NCBI GenBank assembly: GCA_951406725.2
Contig: OX597821.1
Coordinates: 82,398,001 to 82,462,000 of the forward strand
From: Octopus vulgaris
Taxonomy: Eukaryota
Direction of reading: 5' to 3'
Length of the DNA stretch: 64,000 bases
Positions 39,443 to 54,209 of the stretch are shown here, in pieces. A program made the position numbers and the translations under genes. Each line of letters starts with the position of its first letter. Position 1 is the stretch's first letter. Under the pieces are notes generated by a model. It ran no database searches, was not told where the DNA came from, and was given only the letters and a program-made list of their open reading frames with translations.

Positions 39443-39562
39443 TGTATGTATGTATGTATGTATGTATATGTACACTCACACACACCCACATATCATATCA
39501 AATCAAAGTTGCCAGAAACTCAGAGATCTGATTTGGCTAATAATTCTGATATAATATATATA

Positions 39563-39683
<121 letters not shown>

Positions 39684-39724
39684 GAAAGAATGGAGTTGAA
39701 CGACGATTTAACAAAATTCCTTTA

Positions 39725-39808
39725 TTCTTGACATATGTTTCGAAGACTGCATATTCCTAATTCCGAAGGAATAAAGGGTGCATTATGCCGCCTTCTCATC
39801 AGGAAAGA
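39725..39808 (-). ncRNA. Type I hammerhead ribozyme
   Basis: CUGAUGA-GAAGGCGGCAUA...UAUGCAGUCUUC-GAAA-CAUAUG-UC^; palindromic helix III ACAUAUGU, canonical GUC site; element of about 290 bp between two (TA)n tracts. Confidence 0.8.
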
Positions 39809-39969
39809 CAAGGAACTTATGTCAGCATCATGACGAACAAAAACTTTTAGATGACTGCCCACACGGAATCCAGAGTGATAATGTAGCTTCAACCGTGTTT
39901 TCTGACGTGAATTTGCTACCCAGGTATCGGTTAACCGAATTAACCATACTAGGATAATTCATTCAACTA

Positions 39970-40068
<99 letters not shown>

Positions 40069-40077
40069 TTATATATG

Positions 40078-40113
<36 letters not shown>

Positions 40114-40333
40114 TGTATGTATGTATATCCACTATACTGAGCATATTGAGTTCTATATCAGATGATGTTTGCATTATGCAAAATATATTATTGATATTAT
40201 GCAACTTTTACATTACTGTACACACACACATACACACACAAATACATACATACATATATACATATATACATACATACATATATACATATATACATACATA
40301 CATATATACATATATACATACATATATACATAT

Positions 40334-40430
<97 letters not shown>

Positions 40431-40522
40431 CATTTGTATTGTAGGTGTGTAGATATGAAATATGCGAAAGCAGTGAATGTAATCTTCTGTTTTGGAGAGG
40501 AATAATAACATTTCGTTTTCAG

Positions 40523-40633
40523 TCACATTCACTCAAACTCTTGTTAATGGAGACTTGCAGCTTCTTATTTGCAACCAGTCAGATTCTGTTTTGTTAACAG
40601 GCTTTTGTGTCCAACAATTCTATCCAACTAAAG
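40523..40633 (+). CDS. Candidate 111-nt symmetric phase-1 exon, unknown protein
   Basis: tttcgttttcag acceptor, open frame [39 protein letters not shown]|GTTTGG donor. Confidence 0.3.
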
Positions 40634-40885
40634 GTTTGGATGAAACATGCTGAGAGAAAAAATAAGAGGGGAAATATTGATGTGGATTATTGTGATTAAA
40701 CCACTTATTCCTTCAACCTGGTCTCTAAACATAACACCATTATCTCTTCTGTTTAGCTCTTATCTCACAGAAGGGGTCCATAAAGTCAATATGTGTTTTA
40801 ATAGATATTTTACTCTATCCAGTAGCTGTAATCATTCATTTATATGATACAACAATGTTGTTTAAACTCTCTCTCTCAGTCTCTG

Positions 40886-40959
<74 letters not shown>

Positions 40960-41147
40960 CTCTTTATACACATATGCATATACGTATGTGTGTGTTCCAG
41001 AAGTTTTGAGTCTAACAAACTTAATGACAAGACAGCAGAGAAAAAAATACTTTTATTTCTATTTCATAGGTAGACTGAAAACTTTTTGAATGCCCCTTGA
41101 GTATTTGTGTGTAGGTATGCATTCAAAAATTTACATAAATATGTACA

Positions 41148-41179
<32 letters not shown>

Positions 41180-41916
41180 TATCTAATATTATGATCTGCA
41201 GTGTATCCATGACAAATAAGCAGTTATATTAGAGCATCTACAGCATTGCATATTCTGTGAAATAGGATAAAATGCATAACGGAGTAGAGCACATTTAAAA
41301 GAAAAATAGAAAACAATTCGAGGGATAATTCAGAATATTCATTCCTACAGCTGTTTTAATAATTCTTACAAAACACAATTATTATATAGTTTACAAGAAC
41401 ATGCACACATACATATATAATATAGTATGATATAATGTAAGACATATATATATGTCTGTGTTGGTATGTATCTGTGAATATATGTGTGTGTGTTTATATA
41501 TGTGTATATACAGTCTGACAAAGGTTAGCAGGCTGAAAGTTTGAAGTCACTGTCACCTCAATTCTTGCAAAAGTAAAATAAATATATACTCTACAAAAAG
41601 TATTGAGTAATTCTTCAGTTTAATGTTAAATTGCTTTTAGAATAACTGAATATAAAAACATTTACATACATATATATATATATTGTGGTGTCCTGTACTC
41701 ACGTACAATTATTTATATATGCATGTATATATACATGTATATATACATGTAGATATAGGTACGTACATATATGTTTGTATGTATGCATATATTTTTATTT
41801 ATCACCTATATATATATATATGTATATATATATAGATATATATACATGTTAAATAAAATGAGACAACATTGCCAAGGCTGTGTGGAATTTTCAGGATATT
41901 TATAAAGAGAAGGCTA

Positions 41917-41964
41917 GTTTTACAGCTGTTTCTGGGATATTAGGGATATCCCTTCATCAGAGAC
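41917..41964 (-). ncRNA. Type I hammerhead ribozyme
   Basis: GUCU-CUGAUGA-A-GGGAUAU cccua AUAUCCC-A-GAAA-CAGCUG-UA^AAAC. Confidence 0.8.
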
Positions 41965-42352
41965 GATGAGAGATGGTTAAATAGAGGGAAATATTAGATT
42001 TCAATATGAGGAGTTATTTTAGAAAAGGAAGCAAACATAGAGTATATAGGGAAATAAGAGAATGAATGTAGAAATAAAAAGAAAAGTGTATAGAAATGTT
42101 ATAGTTGCAGTTCCATTATCCAAGGAAAGTGGTGTGTGGGAGGGGTAGAAATGCTTCTTGTCCAGGGTCATATTTTGTCATCACAAATGGAAAGTGTGGA
42201 GACGTAGATTCTATGTGCAGTTCATTCAAAAGAGGCTATTTAACCATCACACATCATTCTTCCATAGCACTTACACAACGTTACCTGCCACCTTGGGTCT
42301 TCTGGATACCAATACCTCTGATACCTTTACATACATATATATATATATGTAC

Positions 42353-42387
<35 letters not shown>

Positions 42388-42528
42388 CACACCTGGTAGT
42401 CATAAGTGATGAACGGGCTCAGTAGGCACACTACCTGAGATTTAACCGAAACAAAGTTTGGGTACTGCATTTTAATGTCTCCTTTCTAAACCTTAATTTA
42501 ACCTATGATACATATATATATATATATA

Positions 42529-43019
42529 GTGAAATTGAAATCAAATTTGATGACAGCACCGCTTGACTGGCATCCATGCTAGTGGAGTGCTAAGAGCACC
42601 ACCCAAGTGTGATCGTTGCCAGGGCCACTGACTGGGTCCTGTGCCAGTGGCACATAAAAAGCACCATTCAAGTGTGATCATTCAAAATATTCATTCCTAC
42701 ACGGGAAAGACAACATTCGAGCGAGGTCATTGCCAGTGCAGCTGGACTGGCTCCTCTGCAGGTGGCACGTAAAAAACACCATTTGAGCATGGCCGTTGCC
42801 AGTAGCGCCTGACTGGCCCTCGTGCTGGTGGCGTGTAAAAGTACCTACTACACTCTCGGACTAGTTGGCATTAGGAAGGCCATCCAGCTGTAGAAACTCT
42901 GCCAGATCAGATTGGAGCCTGGTGCAACCATTTGGCTTACCAAGTCCTCAGTCAAACCGTCAAACCCATGCCAGCATAGAAAGCGGATGTTAAACAATGA
43001 TGAGGATGATGATGATGAT
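42529..43019 (+). mobile_element. RTE 3'-UTR-derived repeat
   Basis: Same family as 22845-23360. Confidence 0.85.
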
Positions 43020-43346
43020 ATATATATATATATATAAATAAGTGTGTGTGCCACAGTTCTTTTATGTCTTGCTATCCTGTCTCCAGTCTGTTTGTTGGTT
43101 AACTACAATACTAAGATTAGCTGCTGACATTGTATTGGTCTGATCAGTGTACAAAGATACAACTATGTGACTGATTAATAATGGACAGTTTTCAAACAAC
43201 CTCCCACCATAGCTATTTTCAAACTGTTTATTTTCTATTGTTTTTTTTTCTATATTTCTTTCTTTGTTACTTCTTCCCTTTATCTCACCCTTGAATCTCC
43301 AACTAATATCAAAGAGAAAATTGAAATTTGTAACTCATTAAAAACA

Positions 43347-43411
43347 ATTTCCTGATGAAATTTTATTATAGTAATTTTTTTAATAAGAAATATTGAAACA
43401 GCTGTAGGAAT
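43347..43411 (+). ncRNA. Type I hammerhead ribozyme
   Basis: AUUUC-CUGAUGA-AAUUUUAUUA...UAAUAAGAAAUAUU-GAAA-CAGCUG-UA^GGAAU. Confidence 0.75.
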
Positions 43412-43576
43412 GACTGTTTTGAAACATGACTGGTATTGTTTTCTCTTGTTCATTCAAATTTATGCGTGTGTTTATATATATGTATATGCATATGATTGTG
43501 TGTATATGTGTGTGTGTGTGTGCGTTTGTGAGTGTGAATATCCACACATGCATATATTCATCATATGTACTGATGC

Positions 43577-43658
<82 letters not shown>

Positions 43659-43662
43659 GCAT

Positions 43663-43696
<34 letters not shown>

Positions 43697-43702
<6 letters not shown>

Positions 43703-43817
43703 TTTATAGAAGGAGTTTCTACAGGACTAGAACTGTTTCATTCAAATGAAATCATCTGATGATTTCATTTGAATGAAACAGTTCTAGTCCTGTAGAAGCT
43801 CCTTCTATAAAATAAAT
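43697..43817. repeat. Near-perfect 121-bp palindrome centred on an HHR core
   Basis: 60-bp arms, 1-nt spacer (43757), one mismatch; the centre reads CTGATGA-TTTCATTTGAAT-GAAACAG. Confidence 0.95.
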
Positions 43818-43882
43818 TAATTTACTCTGCTATGTATTGAGTACCTTATTTACTGTGGTTAACCCCGACTCAACCCGGGACC

Positions 43883-43921
<39 letters not shown>

Positions 43922-44031
43922 TAATACATCTATTTGTTGTCTACACCACCTGTCTTCGTCTTTTATTTTTTTTGTGAATTCTCCCCCTATATATATATAC
44001 ATATATATATATATACACACATATACATACA

Positions 44032-44614
44032 CAGGGTGCAGTGACTATATTGTCGTCTAAGTTACACAAAACTGACATCTCATATTAACAGATATATTTA
44101 CCAAAATTACATTAAAATATCTTGAAATACTAAAGAGTAAATTTATTCAATAAAATCGCCATTGGCTTCAACCATGGCCTCCAGACGACTTCGGAATCTC
44201 CTGCAACTCTTCTGGGCAGTCTTCTTGTTTAAGTTGGTGATAACTGCCATAATTCTTGCCTTCAGTTCATCTTTCATGTTACAAACAGCTTTGCTGGTCT
44301 CTCGCTCAACAGTACCCCGCACATAATAATCAAGGGGGCTGCAGTCTGGGGAGTTAGGTGGCCAGATGTTAGGGGTGATGTGGTTGTAAAAATTGTCTGA
44401 CAGCCATGACTGGGTTCTCCTGCTTGTATGGCATGGTAGAAAGTCCTGCTGCCAGAGATAGTGTCTTCCAGCAGCCTCACCCTTGACCCAGAGCAGCACT
44501 ACCTCCTCCAGGCACTTGATGCAGGCCTCCACGTTGAGACTGAGGCATGTGGGAGGATGAATAGAGGCATAATGCCGCCATCACTAGTGATCACTCCAAA
44601 CACCAAGATGCTGA

Positions 44615-44620
<6 letters not shown>
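44032..44620 (-). pseudogene. maT/DD37D-like transposase 3' fragment
   Basis: WQQD...IWPPNSPDCSPLDYYV...FRSRLEAMVEANGDFIE; TIR CAGGGTGC; same family as 15199-16038. Confidence 0.85.
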
Positions 44621-44653
<33 letters not shown>

Positions 44654-44825
44654 ATATATGTACATGAAGAGACCCAGACTGATGGGTCAAAATGTATGTT
44701 GCACCTAATGAAAGTCTAATATGAAATCCATCTACTATTAATTAATACTATATATATATATGTATGTATATATATACATGCATACATATACACATACACA
44801 TACATATATATATGTGTGTGTGTGT

Positions 44826-44879
<54 letters not shown>

Positions 44880-46045
44880 GTAAAAAACACCATTTGAGCG
44901 TGGCTGTTGCCAGTACTGCCTGACTGACCCTTGTGCCAGTGGCATGTAAAAGCACTCACTACACTCTTGGAGTGGTTGGGATTAGGAAGGGCGTCCAGCT
45001 GTAGAAACTGCCAGATCAGATTGGAGCCTGGTGCAGCCATCTGGTTTGCCAGTCCTCAGTCAAATCGTCCAACCCATGCCAGCATGGAAAGTGGACGTTA
45101 AACAATGATGATGAAGATATATGTATATATATATATACATCAAACTAAAAAATCAAACTAACAACAGAATACATAAGCAGTTTATTACTTGTAATATAGT
45201 ATATGCACTGAACACATTGAGGTCCTAAAGAGTAAAATTGAAAAAAATTCAACTTTTAAAATCTTCTCAGCAATGAGTCAAATTACGTCTTGGGTATGTA
45301 ATTGGCAATGATAAATACTCTAAAGGAACAAAGCTTTATTCTGTTTAAAAAATGTTTTGTTTTTGTTTTTCAATTTAAAAAAAAATAAATTTAAACAGTT
45401 TAAAAAGAAAATCGTAAAAAAGAACCATGTTACTCAGCAAAACCTGACTCAGCAAAACCTCTCCCAGAAATTAGTAATTTTTTTGGTAAACTAAACTAAA
45501 CTATGATAACAAAAAGACAGTGTTGGAGAATTAGATATTGTTGCTGTTAATGAGTTTAACATAACTGTGACATAACTAGATAGATATATTATTGATATTA
45601 TTTAGTCCCATGTCAAATCTGATGAAGTAGACATTTGATCAAAATCATTTCATATGCAGCCATCCCAACTTTACATGGGTGTCTACAACTATATATTCCA
45701 ATGTACCCCTTTCTCTTTCTAAGACAATAGAATATGATTTAAAAGCAATTCAGTTGCTATTTCTGGCAGATTGAGTGACCACATAGAGGCTCTCACAATG
45801 GCTCATATGCAGAGCTAAAAATGCACAGTGCTTTGTTAGAATAGAGTATAAAATATTGCAGCGTTTTATCTGGAAATGGTTGTGAGTAGGGTGCATTGAT
45901 GGAAGTGGTCATGTTTGTGACAGGTGGGGTGGGTTAGCCTTGATAGTGATAATGCCACAGATTAAGGTGAGGTCATGCAAATACCTCTTGTATCATTTCA
46001 ATACTGTGTAAGTATATATGTGTGTGTGTGTGTATGTGTGTGTGA

Positions 46046-46076
<31 letters not shown>

Positions 46077-46352
46077 TCTACTTATGTATGCCATTCACTC
46101 AGCTACCAAAAATGAGTAGTACCTGTATTTCAAAGGGACAGCCTTGTCACAGCGTGTGTCATGCTGAATTTCCCAGAGAACTACATTAAGAGCACATGTG
46201 TCTGTGGAGCGCTCAGCCACATGCATGTTAATTTCACAAACAGGTTGTTCCATTGACTGGATCAACTGGAACCCTCATAGTCATCGTAAGCGACAGAGTG
46301 CCAGTATGCAAGTCTGTATTTGTAAGTCTGTATGTGTATATGTGCATGTATG

Positions 46353-46387
<35 letters not shown>

Positions 46388-46389
<2 letters not shown>

Positions 46390-46793
46390 GCACAGGAGTG
46401 GCTGTGTGGTAAGAAGCTTGCTTACTAACCACATGGTTCCAGGTTCAGTCCCACTGTGTGGCACCTCGGGCAAGTGTCTTCCACTATAGCCTCAGGCCAA
46501 CCAAAACCTTGTGAGTGGATTTGGTAGACAGAAACTGAAAGAAGCCTGACGTATATATATGTATGTATATGTGTGTGTGTGTTTGTGTGTCTGTGTTTGT
46601 CCCTCCCAACATTGCTTGACAACCGATGCTGGTGTGTTTACGTCCCCGTAACTTAGCGGTTTGGAAAAAGGGACTGATAGAATAAGCACTAGGCTCACAA
46701 AGAATAAGTCCTGGGGTCGATTTGCTCGACAAAAGGCGGTGTCCCAGCATGGCTGCAGTCACATGACTGAAACAAGTATAAGAGTAAAAGAGT
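46388..46793 (+). mobile_element. Full-length family A CORE-type SINE
   Basis: Complete head, body and tail. Confidence 0.9.
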
Positions 46794-47639
46794 ATATATA
46801 TATAAATATACAGAGAGAGAGAGAGAAAGAGAGTGAGTGAGGTGGATGGCTGTAGGAATGGTTATTCAGTAAGAAAGACAGTACTCAATACTTGTAGTCA
46901 AATTTCTGAAGAATTAGTAATTAACTAGAAAGAAACTTGAATAATGAAGATAGGAAATGTTATATCTTTACTCACACGCACACATACAATGATAATAGGA
47001 TCATCAACATCATATTCAACATCAGCATTTCGTGTATGCTTTCCCATGCTTGCATAAGTTGGATGGCTCTTCTCCAGCAAAGCTTTTCACCATTTATTGC
47101 AGTTACTTGTCATCTCCTTGGTGAAGTTTAACCTCCTGGAATCAGATTTCACTACTTCTGTTCATGTCTTCCTCTTCTTGGTTTTCCTCTTCTCTATGTT
47201 CCATCCACTGACATATCTTGGCAATTCTTTGCTCTCCTGTCATCCTTCATACACATCACATTTCCATATCAGTGCTGTCTCTTCTCGTCTCTCTACAAGT
47301 TTTTCTCTCAGATCATATTCTATTGTTCATATACATTTAATATTATACATCCAACAGAGCACACTCATCGCATTTCTTTCCAGCCTCTATGCATCCTCCT
47401 CATTTAAGGCCCATATTTTGCTGCCAAGGGACATTGTTCTTTATGCACAAATATCAAATAATCTCTTCATTCACAAAAACAATCCCTTTGTTGCTGGTAG
47501 CTGCAACAGCATCCTACATTTTCCCACCCACTTCTTGCTGTCGCTACTATGCTTTCAGATCATTCACCTCTGATGCTAATTAGATCACCCAGGTACCAAA
47601 AGTTTTCAAGTTACTTCTAATGTGTCTCCAGTACAGTTG

Positions 47640-48247
47640 ATATCTTTTACTTGCTTCAGTCATTTGACGGTGGCCATGCTGGAGCACTGCCTTGTGGGGT
47701 TTTAGGCGAATAAATCGACCCCAGAACTTGTTTTTTAAGACTAGTACTTATTCTATCAGTCTCTTTTACTGAACCATCAAGTTACAAGGATGTAAACACA
47801 CCCAACTCCTGTTGTCAAGCAGTGATGGAGAGGACAAGCACAGACACAAGGACACACACACATAGAGATATATACATATATATATGTATATATGTATATA
47901 TGTATATATGTATATATGTATACTGGCCCGTGCTGTGGGCACGTAACAAACACCATCCGATCGTAGCCGTTTGCCAGCCTCGTCTGGCACCTGTGTCGGT
48001 GGCACATAAAAAACACCATTCGAGCGTGACCGTCTGCCAGCCTCGTCTGGCACCTGTGTCGGTGGCACATAAAATCACCCACTACACTCTCGGAGTGGTT
48101 GGCGTTAGGAAGGGCATCCAGCTGTAGAAACACTGCCAGATTTGACTGGCCTGGTGCAGCCTTCAGGCTTGCCAGACCCCAGTTGAACCGTCCAACCCAT
48201 GCTAGCATGGAAAGCGGACGTTAAACGATGATGATGATGATGATGTG

Positions 48248-48302
<55 letters not shown>

Positions 48303-48455
48303 AGGCTTCTTTCAGTTTCCATCTATCAAATCCACTCACAAAGCTTTGGTTGGCCTGAGGATATAGTAGAAGACACTTGCCTGAGGTGCCATGCAGTGGG
48401 ACTGAACCCAGAACCATGAGGTTGGGAAGCAAGCTTGTTACCTCCCAGCCACACC
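47640..48455. mobile_element. Family A SINE (-) with an RTE 3'-UTR repeat (+, 47922-48245) inserted in its TA linker
   Basis: SINE tail 47640-47860, head 48300-48455; the insert has a GAT tail. Confidence 0.8.
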
Positions 48456-48840
48456 TATTTATATTTTGTCATTGCTCTGAACATTCTAACCTATTGATAA
48501 GTATTCGTGGAGCACTTTTGTGATTATATATCAGTATCATATGCACATAAGTATGGCTGTATGCTCAAGAAGCTCACTTTGCAGTCATGTGGTTCTGGGT
48601 CCCATTCCACTGTGAAGCCCCTTGGGCAAGTGTCTTCTACTTAGCCCTGGGCTGATTAATGCTTTGTCAGTGAAACTGTGTGGAAGCTTGTTGTGAGTAT
48701 GTATGTGTGTGTGTGCATGTGTGTGTGTGTGTGTGCATGTGTGTGCACATGTGTGTGTGTGCTATATATATATTGCAAATAAGAAAATGGAGAAGCACAA
48801 TAGTTGGTTCATCAACTTTAGGACATTAAAGTGTTAACTT

Positions 48841-48877
<37 letters not shown>

Positions 48878-48883
48878 CACACA

Positions 48884-48961
<78 letters not shown>

Positions 48962-49079
48962 CTCAACCACAAACACCAGGAACTTTCTTAATTCAAAAAA
49001 TCTTGTTGCTTTGTTAGCAACTGGCTTGAACTCTCTCAAGAAGAACTTAAATAAAACTCAAAGAGAAATCATGCTTACA

Positions 49080-49545
49080 TGCAGAAAGATACATGCATGC
49101 ATTGCACAGTGGAATTAACATCATAACTAAGCAGTCTGAAAATGATATCATGTTATTATCTATCTCTGAGACATGATGTTGTGGCTAAAACATTATATTG
49201 TGAGATCTGCAAGAATGGTAATCCCGAGGAGACAAAAGTAAGATTCAACAAATATGTTGAGGGCATAATCACTCATCATAAACTGAAAGAACATTGGGGA
49301 GGTGTCCCTTTCAGGACTTCAATAAAATGCAAGCACAACAGACCAGACATGATGAGATAGGACAGAAAAAAGTAAGTCTGCCTGGTAGTTGAAATCAATT
49401 GCCCTGCAGATGTCAATATAATGTTAAAGATTAATGAGAAATAAGATATCTGTGCGGAACTGAGGAGAAATCTGCAGTTACTCCATCCAGACTATAGTTT
49501 TAAGTTTCTTTCAGTTGTATTGGTGGAAATTATATTGAAACACCA
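49080..49545 (+). pseudogene. Non-LTR retrotransposon restriction-like endonuclease (RLE) fragment, R4/NeSL-like
   Basis: YLSLRHDVVAK...KHNRPDMM...LVVEINCPAD...K motifs (RHD, PD, E) with stops. Confidence 0.75.
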
Positions 49546-50486
49546 GGCTATGTGACTAAGTACCTCAGTACCATTCATGAAACTCTGCATGTAATACGAT
49601 TCACGTTTACAATGTCCTCTATGCATGTTCTCATATGGACATACATATGTATATGCATTTGGTATGGGTGCTTGTAAAAAGCATTGGTGTGGGTGCTGGT
49701 GCCACAGAAAAAGCACTAGTGATGCTGCCGTGTAAAAAGCACTCAGTACACTCTGGAATTGTTTGTATTAGGGAGTGCATCCAGCTGTAGAAACCAAGCC
49801 AGAACAAATTATGGAACCGGGTGTGGCCTTTCCCTCTGGCCAAAATAGACAGTGTACCAGACAGGGTTTCAAAATAGTAGCATTTATCTCTAAATGAAAA
49901 GTACGAGGAATTGAGAGACTAAGGATATTACAGATGCAGGCATAGGAAAATGGTTTAGAAATTTGCTTACCAATCACAAGGTCTTGGATTTGATACCACT
50001 GTGTGGCATCTTCAACGGGTGTCTTTTAGCAAAACCTTGAGAGAGCCCAAGCCATGAACATGAAACTGGGGAGACAGAAATTACTTGGAAGCCCCATAAA
50101 TGGATTGTATTTATAATTCTAAGAGCTAGTTTTGTTAGGGAAACTATAATGCTGATTCTCACTAAGAATATACTTTAAAGGTACACATGTATGAGGATTA
50201 CTCAGCCATTTGCATGCAATATGAATGAGCCTGGTAGTTTAACTGAGTGAACAAATGAAACAGTTATTGTTTTCTATTTGTTCCATAAGAAAGGGAAAGT
50301 TTTAAGTTATTTGGCTTATGAATAGATATCCATAACTAATAAAAGAAACACTTTTAAAAATATCAAGATATCTTATTAAATATTAAATATTTTTTTAAGA
50401 ATCTGTTATTGCCAATATGAAGTTAATAATTTGAAAAAATTACATCCGTATTTAGAATAACTTGATCTTATCATCAAAGAACAGTA

Positions 50487-50560
<74 letters not shown>

Positions 50561-50607
50561 CATCATCATCATCATCGTTTAACGTCCGCTTTCCATGCTA
50601 GCATGGG

Positions 50608-50708
<101 letters not shown>

Positions 50709-50932
50709 TACTCTTTTTACTCTTTTACTTGTTTCAGTCATTTGACTGTGGCCATGCTGGAGCAACGCCTTTAGTCGAGCAAATTCACACAATTAGATAT
50801 TTAAGTCTATCTGTTTATTTATCAATATATCTATGTATATATTGTCAACCTAACTATATATCTATCTATTCATAAAAGCTACATCTCATGCATTCATGTA
50901 TAGATGCAAGAAAAACAAGACAAAAGTATAAT

Positions 50933-50983
<51 letters not shown>

Positions 50984-51489
50984 ACACACACACATATAAA
51001 AAACTTTTTTTATACTTTCCAATGCGCAAAAATTCATAAAGGTGAAAAAAGAAATCTATGCAGACAAACATGCATTCAAACATCAACAGATAAACACTGA
51101 TACAGGCTCATACATAAACACATTTACACACACACACACACACTGACAGATAGACAGACACACACACACACACATACACACACACTGTTACACGTTCACT
51201 GACACACATGCTAACAGAGCATCAACATTCACACACCGATTTACACACATGGTTATAAAAGATGAGATGGGATGAATATGTCAACACGAAGAGAACTCAG
51301 TATAAGGAATCTTATCTTTGGACTGTGCTCATGCTGGGGCACTGCCTTGAAGGGTTTAGTCTAACAAATTGACCCCAGTACTTATTTTTAAATCTGGTAC
51401 TTATTCTATCAATCTCTTTTGCTGAACTGCTAATTAAAAAGGACATAAACAAACCAACACAGCTGTTAAGCAGTGGTGAGAGACAAACA

Positions 51490-51524
<35 letters not shown>

Positions 51525-51834
51525 GTGAGCACACCCACACACAACAAGATTCCACACAGTTTCTGTTTACCAAATTCACTCACAAGACATTCGTTGGCCC
51601 AGGACTATAGTGGAAGACTGTTGCCTAAGGTGCCATGCAATGGGACTGAACCCAAAACCACGTGATTGCAAAGCAAGCTTCTTAACACAGCCAAGCTTGC
51701 ATCTACAGAATATAGAATTAATTCATATACCCTTTTTTTGAATCACGGGTGGCAATATGCAGATGTTAAGATGTTGACCAATGATGACAGAAGTTTAGCT
51801 TCTTTGGTTATACTGAAACTTATAGTAACAATAC

Positions 51835-52258
51835 TAGTGGTTAGAGCAGCGGACTCACAGTCGAAGGATCGTGGGTTCGAATCTCAGACCAGGTGATATG
51901 TGTGTTTATGAGCGAAACACCTAAACTCCATGCGGCTTCAGCAGAAGGTAACGGTGAACTCCTGCTGACTCTTTCACCACAACTTTCTCTCACTCTTTCC
52001 TCCTGCATTTAGCTGCTCACCTGTGATGGACTGGCATCCTGTCGAGGTGGGGAACCTATACGCCATTCAAGCCAAGAAACTGTAATTCAAAGAACTAGCC
52101 TTGTCACATTCTGTGTCCCACTCCTGGATCTTCCTAAGAACTACATTGAAGGTGCATGTGTTTGTGAAGTGCTCAATCACTTGCACATTAATTTCATGAG
52201 CAGGTTGTTCTGTTGATATGGATCAACTAGAACCTTTGTCATCCTAACCAACAGAGTA
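51835..52258 (+). mobile_element. tRNA-derived SINE of the 29980-30365 family
   Basis: GTGGTTAGAGCAGCGGACT...GGTTCGAATC; shared 3' domain GTGCTCAATCACTTGCAC. Confidence 0.8.
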
Positions 52259-52308
52259 TCAATTTATTTACACATGCACACAAAATAACATATACATATA
52301 TATATATA

Positions 52309-52348
<40 letters not shown>

Positions 52349-52728
52349 CATAGACACATAATATATATATACATATATATGTGCATATACATATATATAC
52401 GCATACACATACATACACACACATATATATATATATATATATACATATATCATACACACATACATATACACACACATTACACACATGTGCAACTTGACAG
52501 ATATACACCTACTCACAAGCTACATGTAGAAGAAGGAAACCTTACACTTCATCAGTAAAACCTTAACAGTGAAGATTCTGAAAATAGATAAAACCATTGT
52601 AATGTCAGTTGACCTTAGCACACCTACACACAAATATGTATATACACACAGATTTACATACATCTACATCATATCATACATACATTTTATGCGTGTGTGA
52701 GTGTATATGTGTGCTTATATGTGTGTGT

Positions 52729-52787
<59 letters not shown>

Positions 52788-52791
52788 TATT

Positions 52792-52837
<46 letters not shown>

Positions 52838-53334
52838 TGTCTATGTATATATATATATATGTATATATGTGTGTGTGTGTATATATATATATATACACAC
52901 ACACATATATACATATATATATATATATACATATACAACATATATATATATATACATATACATACATACATATATATATATGTACACACACACATGTATA
53001 TACACGTAAATATATATACACATGCACATATATGTACACATATATATTATTAAGAATCTTTATCCAATTTATTCACACAAAAACACACACACAGACAATA
53101 TATATATATAGAGAGAGAGAGAGAGAGGGGAGGGAGGTTCACACACATATACACACACAATGTTTGTGACCTTGGTCATCAATGAATAACAAATAATATA
53201 CTAAAAATTCAGAGAGCTGACCTATCCTTAACATATATACAATCTGATTGGGTGAATGAACGAAAGAAAGAAGCATTCTACACATTTGGTAGGAGTTACA
53301 TATATTTTTTTTAATAACTGCTTGACTCAGCTCC

Positions 53335-53386
53335 ACATGACTTAAAGTTTCGTAGGTGTGTAGGACACATCCATCTCATCAGATTC
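53335..53386 (-). ncRNA. Type I hammerhead ribozyme in a short foldback (53322-53418)
   Basis: GAAU-CUGAUGA-GAUGGAUGUG uccua CACACCUAC-GAAA-CUUUAAG-UC^AUGU. Confidence 0.7.
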
Positions 53387-53897
53387 TTGGAGCTTTAAGT
53401 CATGTGCAGCTGAGTCAAACTTAATAATATATGCATATATATTTTGCATATAGAAATAGATGTACAACTGCTACTGTTGCATTTAGAGTTCTACATAGAT
53501 TATCATCATCCAGTCAGCTTCCAGTGCAGTTTTGGCTACTACTGTACTTAGAAGTATTACTGGTTATGATTTACAGAACAAATATAGGGTAAAATGTGAA
53601 AAACAAATATATATCAAATTATATCACAGATCTCTGTAACATAATGCAATAGAGTGTTCCTCTGATGAGCTATTGTGGTTAAGCATAGAATTGTACTTTC
53701 AAAACAGAGCTCCAATCAACCACAATGGTGAACTGTAGATAGGAACATGGCTGTATGGTAAGAAATTTGCTTCCCAACCATATGGTTCTGGGTTCAGTCC
53801 CACTACATTGTACCCTGGACAAGTATATTCTACTATAGCCTTGAGCCAATCAAAGTCTTGTAAGTGGATTTGAAAGTCAGAAACTGAAAGAAGTCCA

Positions 53898-53949
<52 letters not shown>

Positions 53950-54209
53950 CTTTAGTTAAATATATTCAATGAGAATATTATATACTGAATTTATACTGAG
54001 TGCTCTATTGTATTAAAGTATTTATATATTTAATACAAGTGATTATATACATATATATATATATATATATATTTCAATAATATGTTATTAATATTAGGAA
54101 ATCAATATCAGAAAAATCCCCAGAAAGATATACACATGTGAAAAAAATAATTATTGTATTAAAAATATATAAATAAATAAATATAACTACGTATAAAAAT
54201 ATATGTAAA

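Noticed and set aside
46906-46945. CTGAAGA...GAAA motif
   Set aside because: No palindromic helix III or helix I; plausible by chance in AT-rich DNA
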